This document shows, one piece after another, positions 16,777 to 25,688 of a stretch of 64,000 nt of DNA (its first letter is position 1; each line of letters begins with the position of its first letter). Source of the stretch: Patescibacteria group bacterium (GTDB lineage Bacteria > Patescibacteriota > Patescibacteriia > JAHJFT01); assembly GCA_028710985.1 (NCBI GenBank), contig JAQTTB010000001.1, positions 88,021 through 152,020 on the forward strand, given 5' to 3'. The translations under genes were made by a program, and so were the position numbers. Below the pieces are notes generated by a model. That model ran no database searches. It was given only the letters and a program-made list of their open reading frames with translations, and was not told the origin of the DNA.

Positions 16777-18219
16777 CTATACCTCGCGAATTTCCACCAA
16801 ATTTACCCTCCCCGAGCGTCCAACCGGCTCGCCGGCGATCACAATGATGCTTTCTTCTTTTTTTACAAATTTATTTTTCTTGAGATATCCGAGCGAACGG
16901 TCAACCAGCTCCTCGATACTGCGACAGGACGGCAGCATAAACGGACGCACCGCCCAGGAAAGATTGAGCTGGTGCATTACCCTCTCGTCGTCGGTGGTGA
17001 CAAAAATCGGCAGTTCCGGCCGGTAGCGACTGACGAGTCGCCCAGCGCTTCCGGAAAGCGATGCCACGAGTATGAGCCGCGCGCCAACGCTTGCCGCCAG
17101 GAGATGCGCGCTCTGTGAAATCGCCTCCTCGATGGGCTGCAATTTTTTGACATACTTCTTAAAAACCAAATCGTCATAATGCGACGCCTCGGTCTCAACG
17201 ATAATCTTTGCCATGGTTTCCACGGTTTTCACCGGATAGGCGCCGTTCGCCGTCTCGCCGGAGAGCATAACCGCGTCGGTATGGTCAATCACCGCGTTCG
17301 CCACGTCCGAAACTTCGGCGCGCGTCGGCCGCGGATTGCGGGTCATTGATTCAAGCATCTGCGTCGCCACAATCACGGGCTTGGCCGCGTCCAGGCACTT
17401 TTCGATAATTCGCTTTTGCGCGAGCGGCACGTCTTCGGCCGGAGTCTCGATTCCCAAATCGCCACGCGCCACCATGATCGCGTCCGCCGCTTCAATTATC
17501 TCATCAATATGTTTTAGTGCCTCATGCTTTTCAATCTTGGCAATAATGCGGATCGGATGGTCCGGCGAATTCTTGAGCCGTTTCTCCGAGTCGCGGATCA
17601 TATATCTCAAATCATAAACATCCTTGGCGCTCTTTACGAACGAAAGCGCCATATAATCAACGCCGAGCGAAACCGCGAGTTTCATGTCTTTTTTATCCTT
17701 ATCCGTGATCGCCGGCACGCTCAAAGTGGCGGTTGGAAGATTAATCCCCTTGTGCGACGTCAAGAGCCCGCCGACCGTGACACGCGTCTTTATTACGCGC
17801 CCGGCCACGGCCTGGACTTCGAGTTCAATTAAGCCATCATCAAGCAAAATTGCATCCCCGGGTCCCACATCCTTATGCAAATTTTTATAACCAACCGGGA
17901 TAATTCTGTCCCGGTATTTATCCGTGGCCGTGGAAAGCGCTATTGTATCGCCCGGCCGGAGATTCACTCCCTTCCCTGGCACTTCACCAATGCGGATTTT
18001 GGGTCCGGATAAATCCGCGACAATTGCCACCGGCTCGCCGGCGCGCTTTGCGGCCGCGCGGATTGTTTTGTACAGCCGGCGGTGTTCGCTGTGGGTTCCG
18101 TGAGAAAAATTAAGACGGGCAACATTCATGCCCGCTTTTATCATCGCCTCAAGCACGGCCGGTTTTTCCGAAGCCGGACCAATGGTGCAAACTATCTTGG
18201 TTCTCTTTACTTTTTTCAT
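16777..18219 (-). CDS. pyk: Pyruvate kinase.
   Basis: MKKVKRTKIVCTIGPASEKPAVLEAMIKAGMNVARLNFSHG... MVARGDLGIE. Confidence 0.9.
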   Translation of the reverse strand: MKKVKRTKIVCTIGPASEKPAVLEAMIKAGMNVARLNFSHGTHSEHRRLYKTIRAAAKRAGEPVAIVADLSGPKIRIGEVPGKGVNLRPGDTIALSTATDKYRDRIIPVGYKNLHKDVGPGDAILLDDGLIELEVQAVAGRVIKTRVTVGGLLTSHKGINLPTATLSVPAITDKDKKDMKLAVSLGVDYMALSFVKSAKDVYDLRYMIRDSEKRLKNSPDHPIRIIAKIEKHEALKHIDEIIEAADAIMVARGDLGIETPAEDVPLAQKRIIEKCLDAAKPVIVATQMLESMTRNPRPTRAEVSDVANAVIDHTDAVMLSGETANGAYPVKTVETMAKIIVETEASHYDDLVFKKYVKKLQPIEEAISQSAHLLAASVGARLILVASLSGSAGRLVSRYRPELPIFVTTDDERVMHQLNLSWAVRPFMLPSCRSIEELVDRSLGYLKKNKFVKKEESIIVIAGEPVGRSGRVNLVEIREV

Positions 18220-19496
18220 TGATTATTCTCCTGTTTATATTCTTCGAGCGTCACGATGACCTCTTTTTCTTCGCCTTTATGCGATATTTTAAGTTTAATC
18301 TCATCTCCGGGATTATATTTCGCAATAAGCCGGGCAAGCGTATTATCTTCATCAATACGCTGCCCATCAATCTCTAGTATTATATCATTTTCAACGATTC
18401 CTGCCTTATCCGCCGGACTGCCGGGCACAATCGCGATTTCGGTTTCATTCTCCCCGCGCACCACGAGCGCGCCGTAATCGAATGCGAGATTATTTTCTTT
18501 GGCCATCTCGCTATCCACGATCACGTATCTCACTCCGAGCCACGGACGCACGATTCGGCCGTTTATTTTCACGCTCTCAACGATTTTTTTCACTGAATTC
18601 GCCGGAATGGCGAAACCGACCAATTGGCCGCGCTGGCTTACCGCTGTATTCACTCCGATGACCCGGCCGGCGAGATCCAGGAGCGGACCGCCTGAATTTC
18701 CCGGGTTGATAGCCGCGTCCGTCTGAATCGCCTCTTCGATTACCTCGCTCTGCCCAAAATTATCTCCAGCCACCACGCGCCGGTTAATGCCCGATATTAC
18801 GCCTTTGGTGACCGTGTTGCTGTATTCCGAAAGTGCGTTGCCGATGGCAATCACCGTCTGCCCGATTTTCAGATTGTCCGAATCGCCGAATTCAAGCGTC
18901 GGTAAATTCACGGCATCAATCTTAAGAACCGCGATGTCAAAGAATGTGTCCATTGCCTGAACCTTGGCATCATATTTTGCACCGTCATTCATCACTATGG
19001 AATATTTCGCTTCCTCGTCAGACACCACGTGACGATTTGTGACGATCAGGCCGTCCGGAGTTACGATAAATCCGGTTCCGCCGCCGATTTCCTGTTCCAC
19101 CGGTTCCGCGTTTTCTCCGCTGTCTTCCGGCACGGTGATGCCCGGCCACTCAAAACCGAAAAAATCAAACGGAAAAATATCTTCGCCGGTCGCGCTGGAA
19201 ACCGAAACCTTTTTTGAAATTATAATACTGACCACGGCCGGACTCGCCGCCTCAACCGTGCTCACAGTGGCCGAATCTTCCGCTAGGATCAATGAGCCCG
19301 GGCCCGAATCAGCCGAATTTTCACCGCCCAAAACGAGATTCAAATTTCTCTCAGCCCAAGGAATAATATATTTTATTGAAAACGCGCCAGTCACCGCGCC
19401 GGAAATCCCGCCAAAGATAATTCCAACCGCCAGAGCGATCGTGGCCGTTGTCAATATCAATTTAGTTCTCATATTGACTGTTTGATTTGTGGCCAT
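18216..19496 (-). CDS. htrA: HtrA/DegP-family serine protease (trypsin domain plus PDZ) with an N-terminal transmembrane anchor.
   Basis: TNRHVV ... DIAVLKI ... GNSGGPLLDLAGRVIGVNTAV. PDZ segment: GIVENDIILEIDGQRI. Confidence 0.85.
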   Translation of the reverse strand: MATNQTVNMRTKLILTTATIALAVGIIFGGISGAVTGAFSIKYIIPWAERNLNLVLGGENSADSGPGSLILAEDSATVSTVEAASPAVVSIIISKKVSVSSATGEDIFPFDFFGFEWPGITVPEDSGENAEPVEQEIGGGTGFIVTPDGLIVTNRHVVSDEEAKYSIVMNDGAKYDAKVQAMDTFFDIAVLKIDAVNLPTLEFGDSDNLKIGQTVIAIGNALSEYSNTVTKGVISGINRRVVAGDNFGQSEVIEEAIQTDAAINPGNSGGPLLDLAGRVIGVNTAVSQRGQLVGFAIPANSVKKIVESVKINGRIVRPWLGVRYVIVDSEMAKENNLAFDYGALVVRGENETEIAIVPGSPADKAGIVENDIILEIDGQRIDEDNTLARLIAKYNPGDEIKLKISHKGEEKEVIVTLEEYKQENNQ

Positions 19497-19508
19497 ATAT
19501 AAACTATT

Positions 19509-19979
19509 TTATTTCACGGATTTTTTCTTTTTCGCCATTAATTTATTGAGCTCGCGCTGAAAAGTCTGCACATCCTCAAACTGCCGGTAAACCGAGGCAA
19601 AACGGATATAAGCGACCTTGTCAAAACCCTTTAGCCGATTCATCACAATTTCGCCGATTTCCTTGCTCGTGAGCTCTCCCCGTTTCTTTTTCTGGATATC
19701 GCGCTCAATATTGTGCACCAGCTTTTTAAATTCCGCTTCGGTGTACGAACGCTTCTCCAGGGCCTTTTTCAGGCCGCGGATTATTTTTTCCCGCGAATAA
19801 GTCTCGCGCCGGCCGTCGCTTTTTACTACCGTCAAATCCAAAAGTTCCACTTCCTCAATGGTGGAAAAGCGGTAATTGCATTTTTCACACTCCCGCCGCC
19901 GGCGAATGCTCAAACCGTCCGTGGAAATACGCGAATCCACGACTTTTGTGTCTTTTGATTTACAAACCGGACAGTTCAT
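19509..19979 (-). CDS. nrdR: Transcriptional repressor NrdR.
   Basis: MNCPVCKSKDTKVVDSR ... CEKCNYRFSTIE zinc ribbon plus ATP-cone. The track's TTG-extended start is rejected. Confidence 0.85.
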   Translation of the reverse strand: MNCPVCKSKDTKVVDSRISTDGLSIRRRRECEKCNYRFSTIEEVELLDLTVVKSDGRRETYSREKIIRGLKKALEKRSYTEAEFKKLVHNIERDIQKKKRGELTSKEIGEIVMNRLKGFDKVAYIRFASVYRQFEDVQTFQRELNKLMAKKKKSVK

Positions 19980-20058
19980 AAGATGCCCATATTCTACCAA
20001 ATTTTTTACATAAAATAAAGTAGGGATCGCCGATTTGCGATCCCTACTAAAAATATTT

Positions 20059-21252
20059 TTACATCATTTTCTTCCGGATAAACGCCGGTATCTCCAAATC
20101 CTCTTCTTCTTGAGCCGGCGTCGGTTGAGCCACGTCGGCGCGCGCCGGACGCTTGGCAAACGGGAACTTACGTCCGCCCGCCGCGTCATCCGCCTTTTTC
20201 GCCTCTGACTTTCTTTCCTCAACTTCTTTGGTTTTTACGAAACTCGTCGGCTCATAGCTTGCTTTGGGCTGGCTCGGCGCCGTGTTAATCGACTTGAAGC
20301 GCTTATCAAATCCGGTCGCAATAACCGTCACCTTTACCTCGTCCTTGAGCGCCTCATCAATAATTGCGCCAAAAATGATGCGCGCATCCGGATCCGCCGA
20401 GGCGGTAATGGTCTCCGCGGCTTCGGACACCTCATGCATGCTCATATTCGGCCCGCCGGCAATGGTAAAGAGCACGCCCTTGGCGCCGTCAATCGAAAGC
20501 TCAAGGAGCGGGCTGGAAATCGCCGCTTTGGCCGCGTCCACGGCTCGGTTTTCACCCGATGCCCGGCCAATGCCCATCAAGGCCGACCCGGCGGATTCCA
20601 TGATTGACCGGATATCCGCGTAATCAAGGTTAATGAGCCCGGGCACGGTTATCACCTCGGTAATGCCCTGCACGCCCTGGCGCAATACATCGTCAACGAT
20701 GTCAAATGCGTCAAGCAAACTGGTCTTTTTGTCGATAATTTGCAAAATACGGTCATTCGGAATCGTGATAATTGTATCAACATACTCGGAAATGCGGTCC
20801 AGCGCGTCCTCGGCAATGCGCAAACGCTGTGTTCCCTCAAAGCTGAAAGGCTTTGTCACGACCGCAACCGTGAGCGCGCCCAATTCTTTGGCGATCTGCG
20901 CCACCTTTGGTCCGGCACCGGATCCCGTGCCGCCGCCCATGCCCGCGGTAATAAATACCATGTCCGCGCCTTTCAGTATCTCCCTTATTTCGTTCTGGCT
21001 CTCATCCGCGCTCTGCGAACCCAAATCCGGATTCATGCCCGCGCCTAAGCCCCGCGTAGTCGTTTTACCGATATGCAGCTTGGTCGGTGCGGATGAATAA
21101 TGCAGAGCCTGAACATCGGTATTGACGGCAATGAAATCAACGCCGCGTATCTTTGATTGAATCATGCGATTTACCGCCGATGAACCTCCGCCGCCCACGC
21201 CAACGACTTTTATCTTGGCGAACGACTCAACGTCAGGTTTAATCTCTGGCAT
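20059..21252 (-). CDS. ftsZ: Cell division GTPase FtsZ.
   Basis: [35 protein letters not shown]. Confidence 0.95.
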   Translation of the reverse strand: MPEIKPDVESFAKIKVVGVGGGGSSAVNRMIQSKIRGVDFIAVNTDVQALHYSSAPTKLHIGKTTTRGLGAGMNPDLGSQSADESQNEIREILKGADMVFITAGMGGGTGSGAGPKVAQIAKELGALTVAVVTKPFSFEGTQRLRIAEDALDRISEYVDTIITIPNDRILQIIDKKTSLLDAFDIVDDVLRQGVQGITEVITVPGLINLDYADIRSIMESAGSALMGIGRASGENRAVDAAKAAISSPLLELSIDGAKGVLFTIAGGPNMSMHEVSEAAETITASADPDARIIFGAIIDEALKDEVKVTVIATGFDKRFKSINTAPSQPKASYEPTSFVKTKEVEERKSEAKKADDAAGGRKFPFAKRPARADVAQPTPAQEEEDLEIPAFIRKKMM

Positions 21253-21426
21253 AAAATTTGTTGAATAAATTATTTATGCAATCTGCTATCTTCAAACCGC
21301 TATCCCTTATAGGATATAATTATCAAAATTCAATGTCAAGCTAATATAAACACGTAGGGGGCGCCCCGACGGATCGTCGGGGCGCCCCCTACATAATAAT
21401 ATAATAATAATTTTTTTATCAACCGC

Positions 21427-22680
21427 CTAGGGAATCAGTGATTTAAACCATTTTTTAACCTGGCCGGAAATTTTACCCACTGCCTTATATTTATTCAGAA
21501 TATTGCCGAATGATTTTGATTTCTGCCCCACGATCTCTCCCCCCCATTGCACGAGTCCGATCGCGGTCGCAAATGCCAAATCCTGGGTTTTATCCGTAAC
21601 GCTCGTGATTCCCATGGGATATCCGAGCGAAGCCGGCAACCGAAGCCTCCCCTTAGCCACGTCGATCACGCCCTTAAGCTTTGCCCCTCCGCCGGTAAGC
21701 ACCGCGCCGGCTGGCAACATACCGCTCCGGTCGATCTTTTTAAGCTCAACATCAATTTTTTCCATTATCTCTTCAACGCGCGCTTCAATTATCTCGGCAA
21801 CATATTTCAATGAAACCATTTCCTCGTCCGCGGCTCCGTAATCGGCCAGATTAATCTCCTCTTTTTTACTGATTCCGGCCGGCAGCGCCGTACCGCGCTC
21901 GATTTTTACCTGTTCAGCCACGTCAATTGAGGTGCGAAGTCCGATCGCGATATCCGAAGTGATATGATCGCCGCCAATCGGTACAATTACGGTATGAATA
22001 ACATCCCCCTCTTCGAAAACAATAAGACTCGTAGTGCTCGCTCCGATATTGATGAGCGCCACCCCCAACTCCTTCTGCCGCGGCGTAAGCACCGCCTCGG
22101 CGCACGCCAGGACCGAGAGCACCAGATCGTCAATATCCAAACCGGTGCGATAAACGCATTTTGTAATATTTTTTATTTGTGAAGTCAGCCCCTGGATAAT
22201 TTCCGCATCCACCTCGAGCCGGATGCCGGTCATACCGACCGGATCCTTGATTCCGCCCTGTCCGTCGATGGTAAAGCTTTTGGGCAAAACATGAAGTATT
22301 TCATAGTTCGAAGGGGTCGCCACGGTCCGCGCCGCTTCAATCGAGCGCTCAACGTCTTCTTCTTTGACTTCCCCATCCGAACGCGATACGCCGACCACAC
22401 CGCGACTTTCCTGAGCAATAATGTGGCTCCCGGAGATTCCCACCCAGGCGCTTGAGATCGGCACGCCGGTCACGCGCTCCGCCTGCTCCAATGCCGCGGA
22501 AACCGAAGAGACCGCGTCTTCAATGGACGTGATTGAACCCTTGGAAATGCCCTCGGACGGCACTTCAACCGCTCCGATGATATGGGTTTCTCTTTTTTCT
22601 TCGCTCGGGATTATCTGCCCCACCGCAATTCTTATGTGGGACGAACCGATATCCAAGCCGGTGATTATTTGATCAGACAT
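21427..22680 (-). CDS. ftsA: Cell division protein FtsA.
   Basis: Actin-like ATPase: ITGLDIGSSHIRIAVGQ ... Lies directly upstream of ftsZ. Confidence 0.9.
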   Translation of the reverse strand: MSDQIITGLDIGSSHIRIAVGQIIPSEEKRETHIIGAVEVPSEGISKGSITSIEDAVSSVSAALEQAERVTGVPISSAWVGISGSHIIAQESRGVVGVSRSDGEVKEEDVERSIEAARTVATPSNYEILHVLPKSFTIDGQGGIKDPVGMTGIRLEVDAEIIQGLTSQIKNITKCVYRTGLDIDDLVLSVLACAEAVLTPRQKELGVALINIGASTTSLIVFEEGDVIHTVIVPIGGDHITSDIAIGLRTSIDVAEQVKIERGTALPAGISKKEEINLADYGAADEEMVSLKYVAEIIEARVEEIMEKIDVELKKIDRSGMLPAGAVLTGGGAKLKGVIDVAKGRLRLPASLGYPMGITSVTDKTQDLAFATAIGLVQWGGEIVGQKSKSFGNILNKYKAVGKISGQVKKWFKSLIP

Positions 22681-22729
22681 AATCTAACAAAGCACATTAT
22701 ATTATAGAACAAAATCGCAATAAATGAAA

Positions 22730-23098
22730 TTATTTTATCCAAAGACCACGGATATGCGGAAAAAAAATCATTATGCCGATCACGAGCGCGCCGACTGAGG
22801 CAATAAGCACAGCCGCGGCCATCATGTCCTTAATGTCCCGGACATACGGATTCAGTCGCGGCTTGTAAATGTCAACAATGCGCTCAAAGATACTGTTGAT
22901 TATTTCAAGCACCAAGACCGCGATACAAAGCATTATGATGATAAGCCGCTCAATCAGACCGAGCGGAAAAATCATCATCAAAACAAGTGCCACAAGCGCG
23001 GCCGCGAGCTGAATACGGAAGCTCTGTTCTTCTTGAAAGACCTGGCTAATCCCCTGCCCCGCAAAAATGAAACTCTTTGTCAGTTTTTTGAAACCCAT
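22730..23098 (-). CDS. dgkA: Diacylglycerol/undecaprenol kinase family protein (DgkA).
   Basis: 122 aa with three transmembrane helices. Conserved E..N..E.. layout of prokaryotic DAGK. Confidence 0.65.
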   Translation of the reverse strand: MGFKKLTKSFIFAGQGISQVFQEEQSFRIQLAAALVALVLMMIFPLGLIERLIIIMLCIAVLVLEIINSIFERIVDIYKPRLNPYVRDIKDMMAAAVLIASVGALVIGIMIFFPHIRGLWIK

Positions 23099-23099
23099 A

Positions 23100-23528
23100 T
23101 TATATATTCTTCAGTATTTTATCCTGCAAATTAAACATTTTTTTTGATTCGGCATTCCGCGCGTGCCGGTATCCCAAAAGATGAAGAACGCCATGCGCCA
23201 GAAGATACTGCATTTCCCGAACCGTGGAGTGGCTGGCCGCCTTCGCGCCGGATGCCGCCACCGCCGGTGAAATAAAGATTTCTCCGAGCAAATTCACTCC
23301 TTTTTGATTTTTTAATTCAATCGTGGTGAAGGAAAGCACGTCAGTCGGCTTGTCCTTGCCCCGGTATCGCCGGTTAAACGCCCTCATCCGCGCCGGTGAA
23401 AGAAGCGCGACCGAGACCAAATAATCTTTTTTAATTTTCAAAACGCGATTTATTGCGCGCTCGGCAGAACGAATCCACCCCTCACCGAAGCGCTTCCCGA
23501 TGACGGGATTTAATTCGAATTTAATCAT
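23100..23528 (-). CDS. ybeY: rRNA maturation endoribonuclease YbeY.
   Basis: HGVLHLLGYRHARNAESKKM matches the H-x-x-x-H-x-x-x-x-x-H zinc motif. Confidence 0.85.
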   Translation of the reverse strand: MIKFELNPVIGKRFGEGWIRSAERAINRVLKIKKDYLVSVALLSPARMRAFNRRYRGKDKPTDVLSFTTIELKNQKGVNLLGEIFISPAVAASGAKAASHSTVREMQYLLAHGVLHLLGYRHARNAESKKMFNLQDKILKNI

Positions 23529-24565
23529 TGCTGCCCGAATTTAAAACTGTTAAGCATCATCTCGTATGTCCGCCGGAATTCAATCACCGTTTTTGCGCCG
23601 AGATTGAGCGAAATCACAAAAATCCGGCTGTCCTTTTTGAAATACGCGGTCAAGCGATCCGGACTCTGCAAACCGACGAGACCGGCCTTGTTGGTAAATG
23701 TTTTTAATTCCTCGGCATTTACTCCCGGTGCCTGGGCCAAATACCAGTCTTCAAGAGACAAATCCTGCGGATTGTCTTGCGCCAAAACCTGCAGAAACTC
23801 ACCCGACGCCGCTGAAAGAAGCACCGTGTCCGCACCTTTTTCAACATTTGCATTCCAAACCGCGGGATAATAAATCTGATAATCAAAATCTGCGTTTTGA
23901 TAATTTTTCACCAAACCGGATTCGAGCAGAGTAACCGGCGCCGTTCCGCCCGGATTATATAAATGATAAACCTCATTGCCGTCCAAAAATCCATCTTGAT
24001 CAGTATCCGGAATGCGCGAATCGGTTCCGTAGAGCGCCTCTTCAATGTCGGTCAAACCGTCGCTGTCCGCGTCCACTCCTCCGACAATCTCTTCCACAAG
24101 CGGCGGCAAAGTCACTTCCACCGTGGCCGGGAGCGAGATCTCAGCAGTGGCCGGAATGGTAACCTCACGCGTCGCAATCGGCTGTTCAACCGGCTTCGTT
24201 ACTACGGGCGTCGTGGGCTGGGTTTGCTGAACTATGGGCTTCGACGCCGGGACCCGAAGTCCCTGCAAAACGAAAAATATTGAAGCCCCCAGCGCTGCTA
24301 CTATTACAAATATTAAAATAACCCAAAACCACGGGAATTTCTTTTGTTCGCCCGGAGCGGTGGGCTTCCCCGGCTCGAGTCTTGACTCCGAAGGGCGCGC
24401 CGCCGGCACACTCATCTCCGGAATTTTCGCCTCAAGCGTGACGCCGCGAAATTTTTCCGGCATTACGCTGATTTCCGGCTCGCCCGCGCCCCCGACCGCG
24501 ATCGGGGTGACGCTTTTTGGCTTCTCAAATTGCTGCATCTCTGGCTGATCCATAAATTTAAACAC
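23525..24565 (-). CDS. Membrane-anchored, Pro/Thr-rich surface protein with thrombospondin-type-3-like Ca-binding motifs (DSDGLTDIEE...DTDQDGFLDGNE).
   Basis: Transmembrane segment FPWFWVILIFVIVAALGASIFFVL. P/T-rich linker. D-x-D-x-D-G motifs. Confidence 0.4.
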   Translation of the reverse strand: MFKFMDQPEMQQFEKPKSVTPIAVGGAGEPEISVMPEKFRGVTLEAKIPEMSVPAARPSESRLEPGKPTAPGEQKKFPWFWVILIFVIVAALGASIFFVLQGLRVPASKPIVQQTQPTTPVVTKPVEQPIATREVTIPATAEISLPATVEVTLPPLVEEIVGGVDADSDGLTDIEEALYGTDSRIPDTDQDGFLDGNEVYHLYNPGGTAPVTLLESGLVKNYQNADFDYQIYYPAVWNANVEKGADTVLLSAASGEFLQVLAQDNPQDLSLEDWYLAQAPGVNAEELKTFTNKAGLVGLQSPDRLTAYFKKDSRIFVISLNLGAKTVIEFRRTYEMMLNSFKFGQQ

Positions 24566-25200
24566 TATAATCCACTCGGCAGGGCCGGCAATTTGCCTTC
24601 GCCATTTGGATTATAACCATTATCGACTTCGGCTTTATCCGTATAGGTATCACCGTCAGTATCAATATTCAAAGGATTGGTTTTAAAAATAATCACCTCT
24701 TCGCTATCTGAAAGCCCGTCGCCGTCCGTATCCGCGAGATTGGGGTTGGTGCCGGCGATCGCTTCTTCGGTGTCCTCAAGGCCATCTCTATCCGTGTCAA
24801 CCGGCGCGACCGGTTCCCCAGTCCCTTCTTCGGCCGCTGGAATCGTCTCTTCAACCCCCTCTTCAACTATCGGAGCCTGTTCTTCGGCCTCTTCCTCAGG
24901 AGTAATAATCGGCTCTTCTTTGGCCGGTGTAACCTCGATCGGGGTTGAACTCGGAGCAATCAAGAAATACCACGCACCCACACCCGCCGCAACCGCAATT
25001 AAAGTCACCACAAGAATCGTAACGATGGTTTTTCTCGCTCCCCCACTGCTCCGCGGAGCAACCGGCGGCATGGCGCCCGGCGCGACCGCGCGAAGCACCG
25101 GCCGGCCCATTTCGGTCCCCACTGACGGCGCCGACGGCTCAATTTTTTCAAAAATGTCCTCCGTGTCCTGTGGTTGATTTTCGAAAATCATATATTTCAA
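24565..25200 (-). CDS. Membrane-anchored protein with repeated D-x-D-x-D-G-x-x-D Ca-binding-type motifs (DTDRDGLEDTEE, DTDGDGLSDSEE, DTDGDTYTDKAE).
   Basis: Transmembrane segment TIVTILVVTLIAVAAGVGAWYFLI. Start overlaps the stop of the gene upstream. Confidence 0.4.
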   Translation of the reverse strand: MKYMIFENQPQDTEDIFEKIEPSAPSVGTEMGRPVLRAVAPGAMPPVAPRSSGGARKTIVTILVVTLIAVAAGVGAWYFLIAPSSTPIEVTPAKEEPIITPEEEAEEQAPIVEEGVEETIPAAEEGTGEPVAPVDTDRDGLEDTEEAIAGTNPNLADTDGDGLSDSEEVIIFKTNPLNIDTDGDTYTDKAEVDNGYNPNGEGKLPALPSGL

Positions 25201-25226
25201 AATTATTAATGAATTTTATTTTCAAA

Positions 25227-25688
25227 TTAAGACTGCGCCGCTGTCCGCTCCGCGTTGCACAAATTCCGAAATTCTTCGGAACTAAGATACCGGCAATAAT
25301 TAACATTAAGTTCTATCCCGAGATTCGTGTAACAGTCGTCGCGCAGCGCCGGCGTAAAAATCGCCCGGCAGAGATCAATATTTTTATCTTCATACGCGAT
25401 TCCCAGATTTATTTTGTCCCCGCAGTCGCGCCGCGCCGCCAGGTCGGAAATGGACTCGCACTTCGCCGCGTCGCGCGCCCGCCGCGCTTCCATAAATATC
25501 GTTGACCATTCTTCGGTATAAGTAATTTCCGCGGCCGGCGGCTCTTGGGTTTGATTTGTAACTTGAACCTCCGCCGGCAGCTCAACGCTTGCGGCTTTTT
25601 GTTTTAAATAAAATCCCACGCTAAAAGCCAAAAATCCAAAAGCCAGCGCCAGAACCGCGATTATAATAATATTTTTATAATTCATCAT
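25227..25688 (-). CDS. Small N-terminally anchored Cys-containing hypothetical protein.
   Basis: ATGATGA overlap with the stop of the giant gene. Transmembrane segment IIIIAVLALAFGFLAFSVGFYL. Confidence 0.35.
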   Translation of the reverse strand: MMNYKNIIIIAVLALAFGFLAFSVGFYLKQKAASVELPAEVQVTNQTQEPPAAEITYTEEWSTIFMEARRARDAAKCESISDLAARRDCGDKINLGIAYEDKNIDLCRAIFTPALRDDCYTNLGIELNVNYCRYLSSEEFRNLCNAERTAAQS

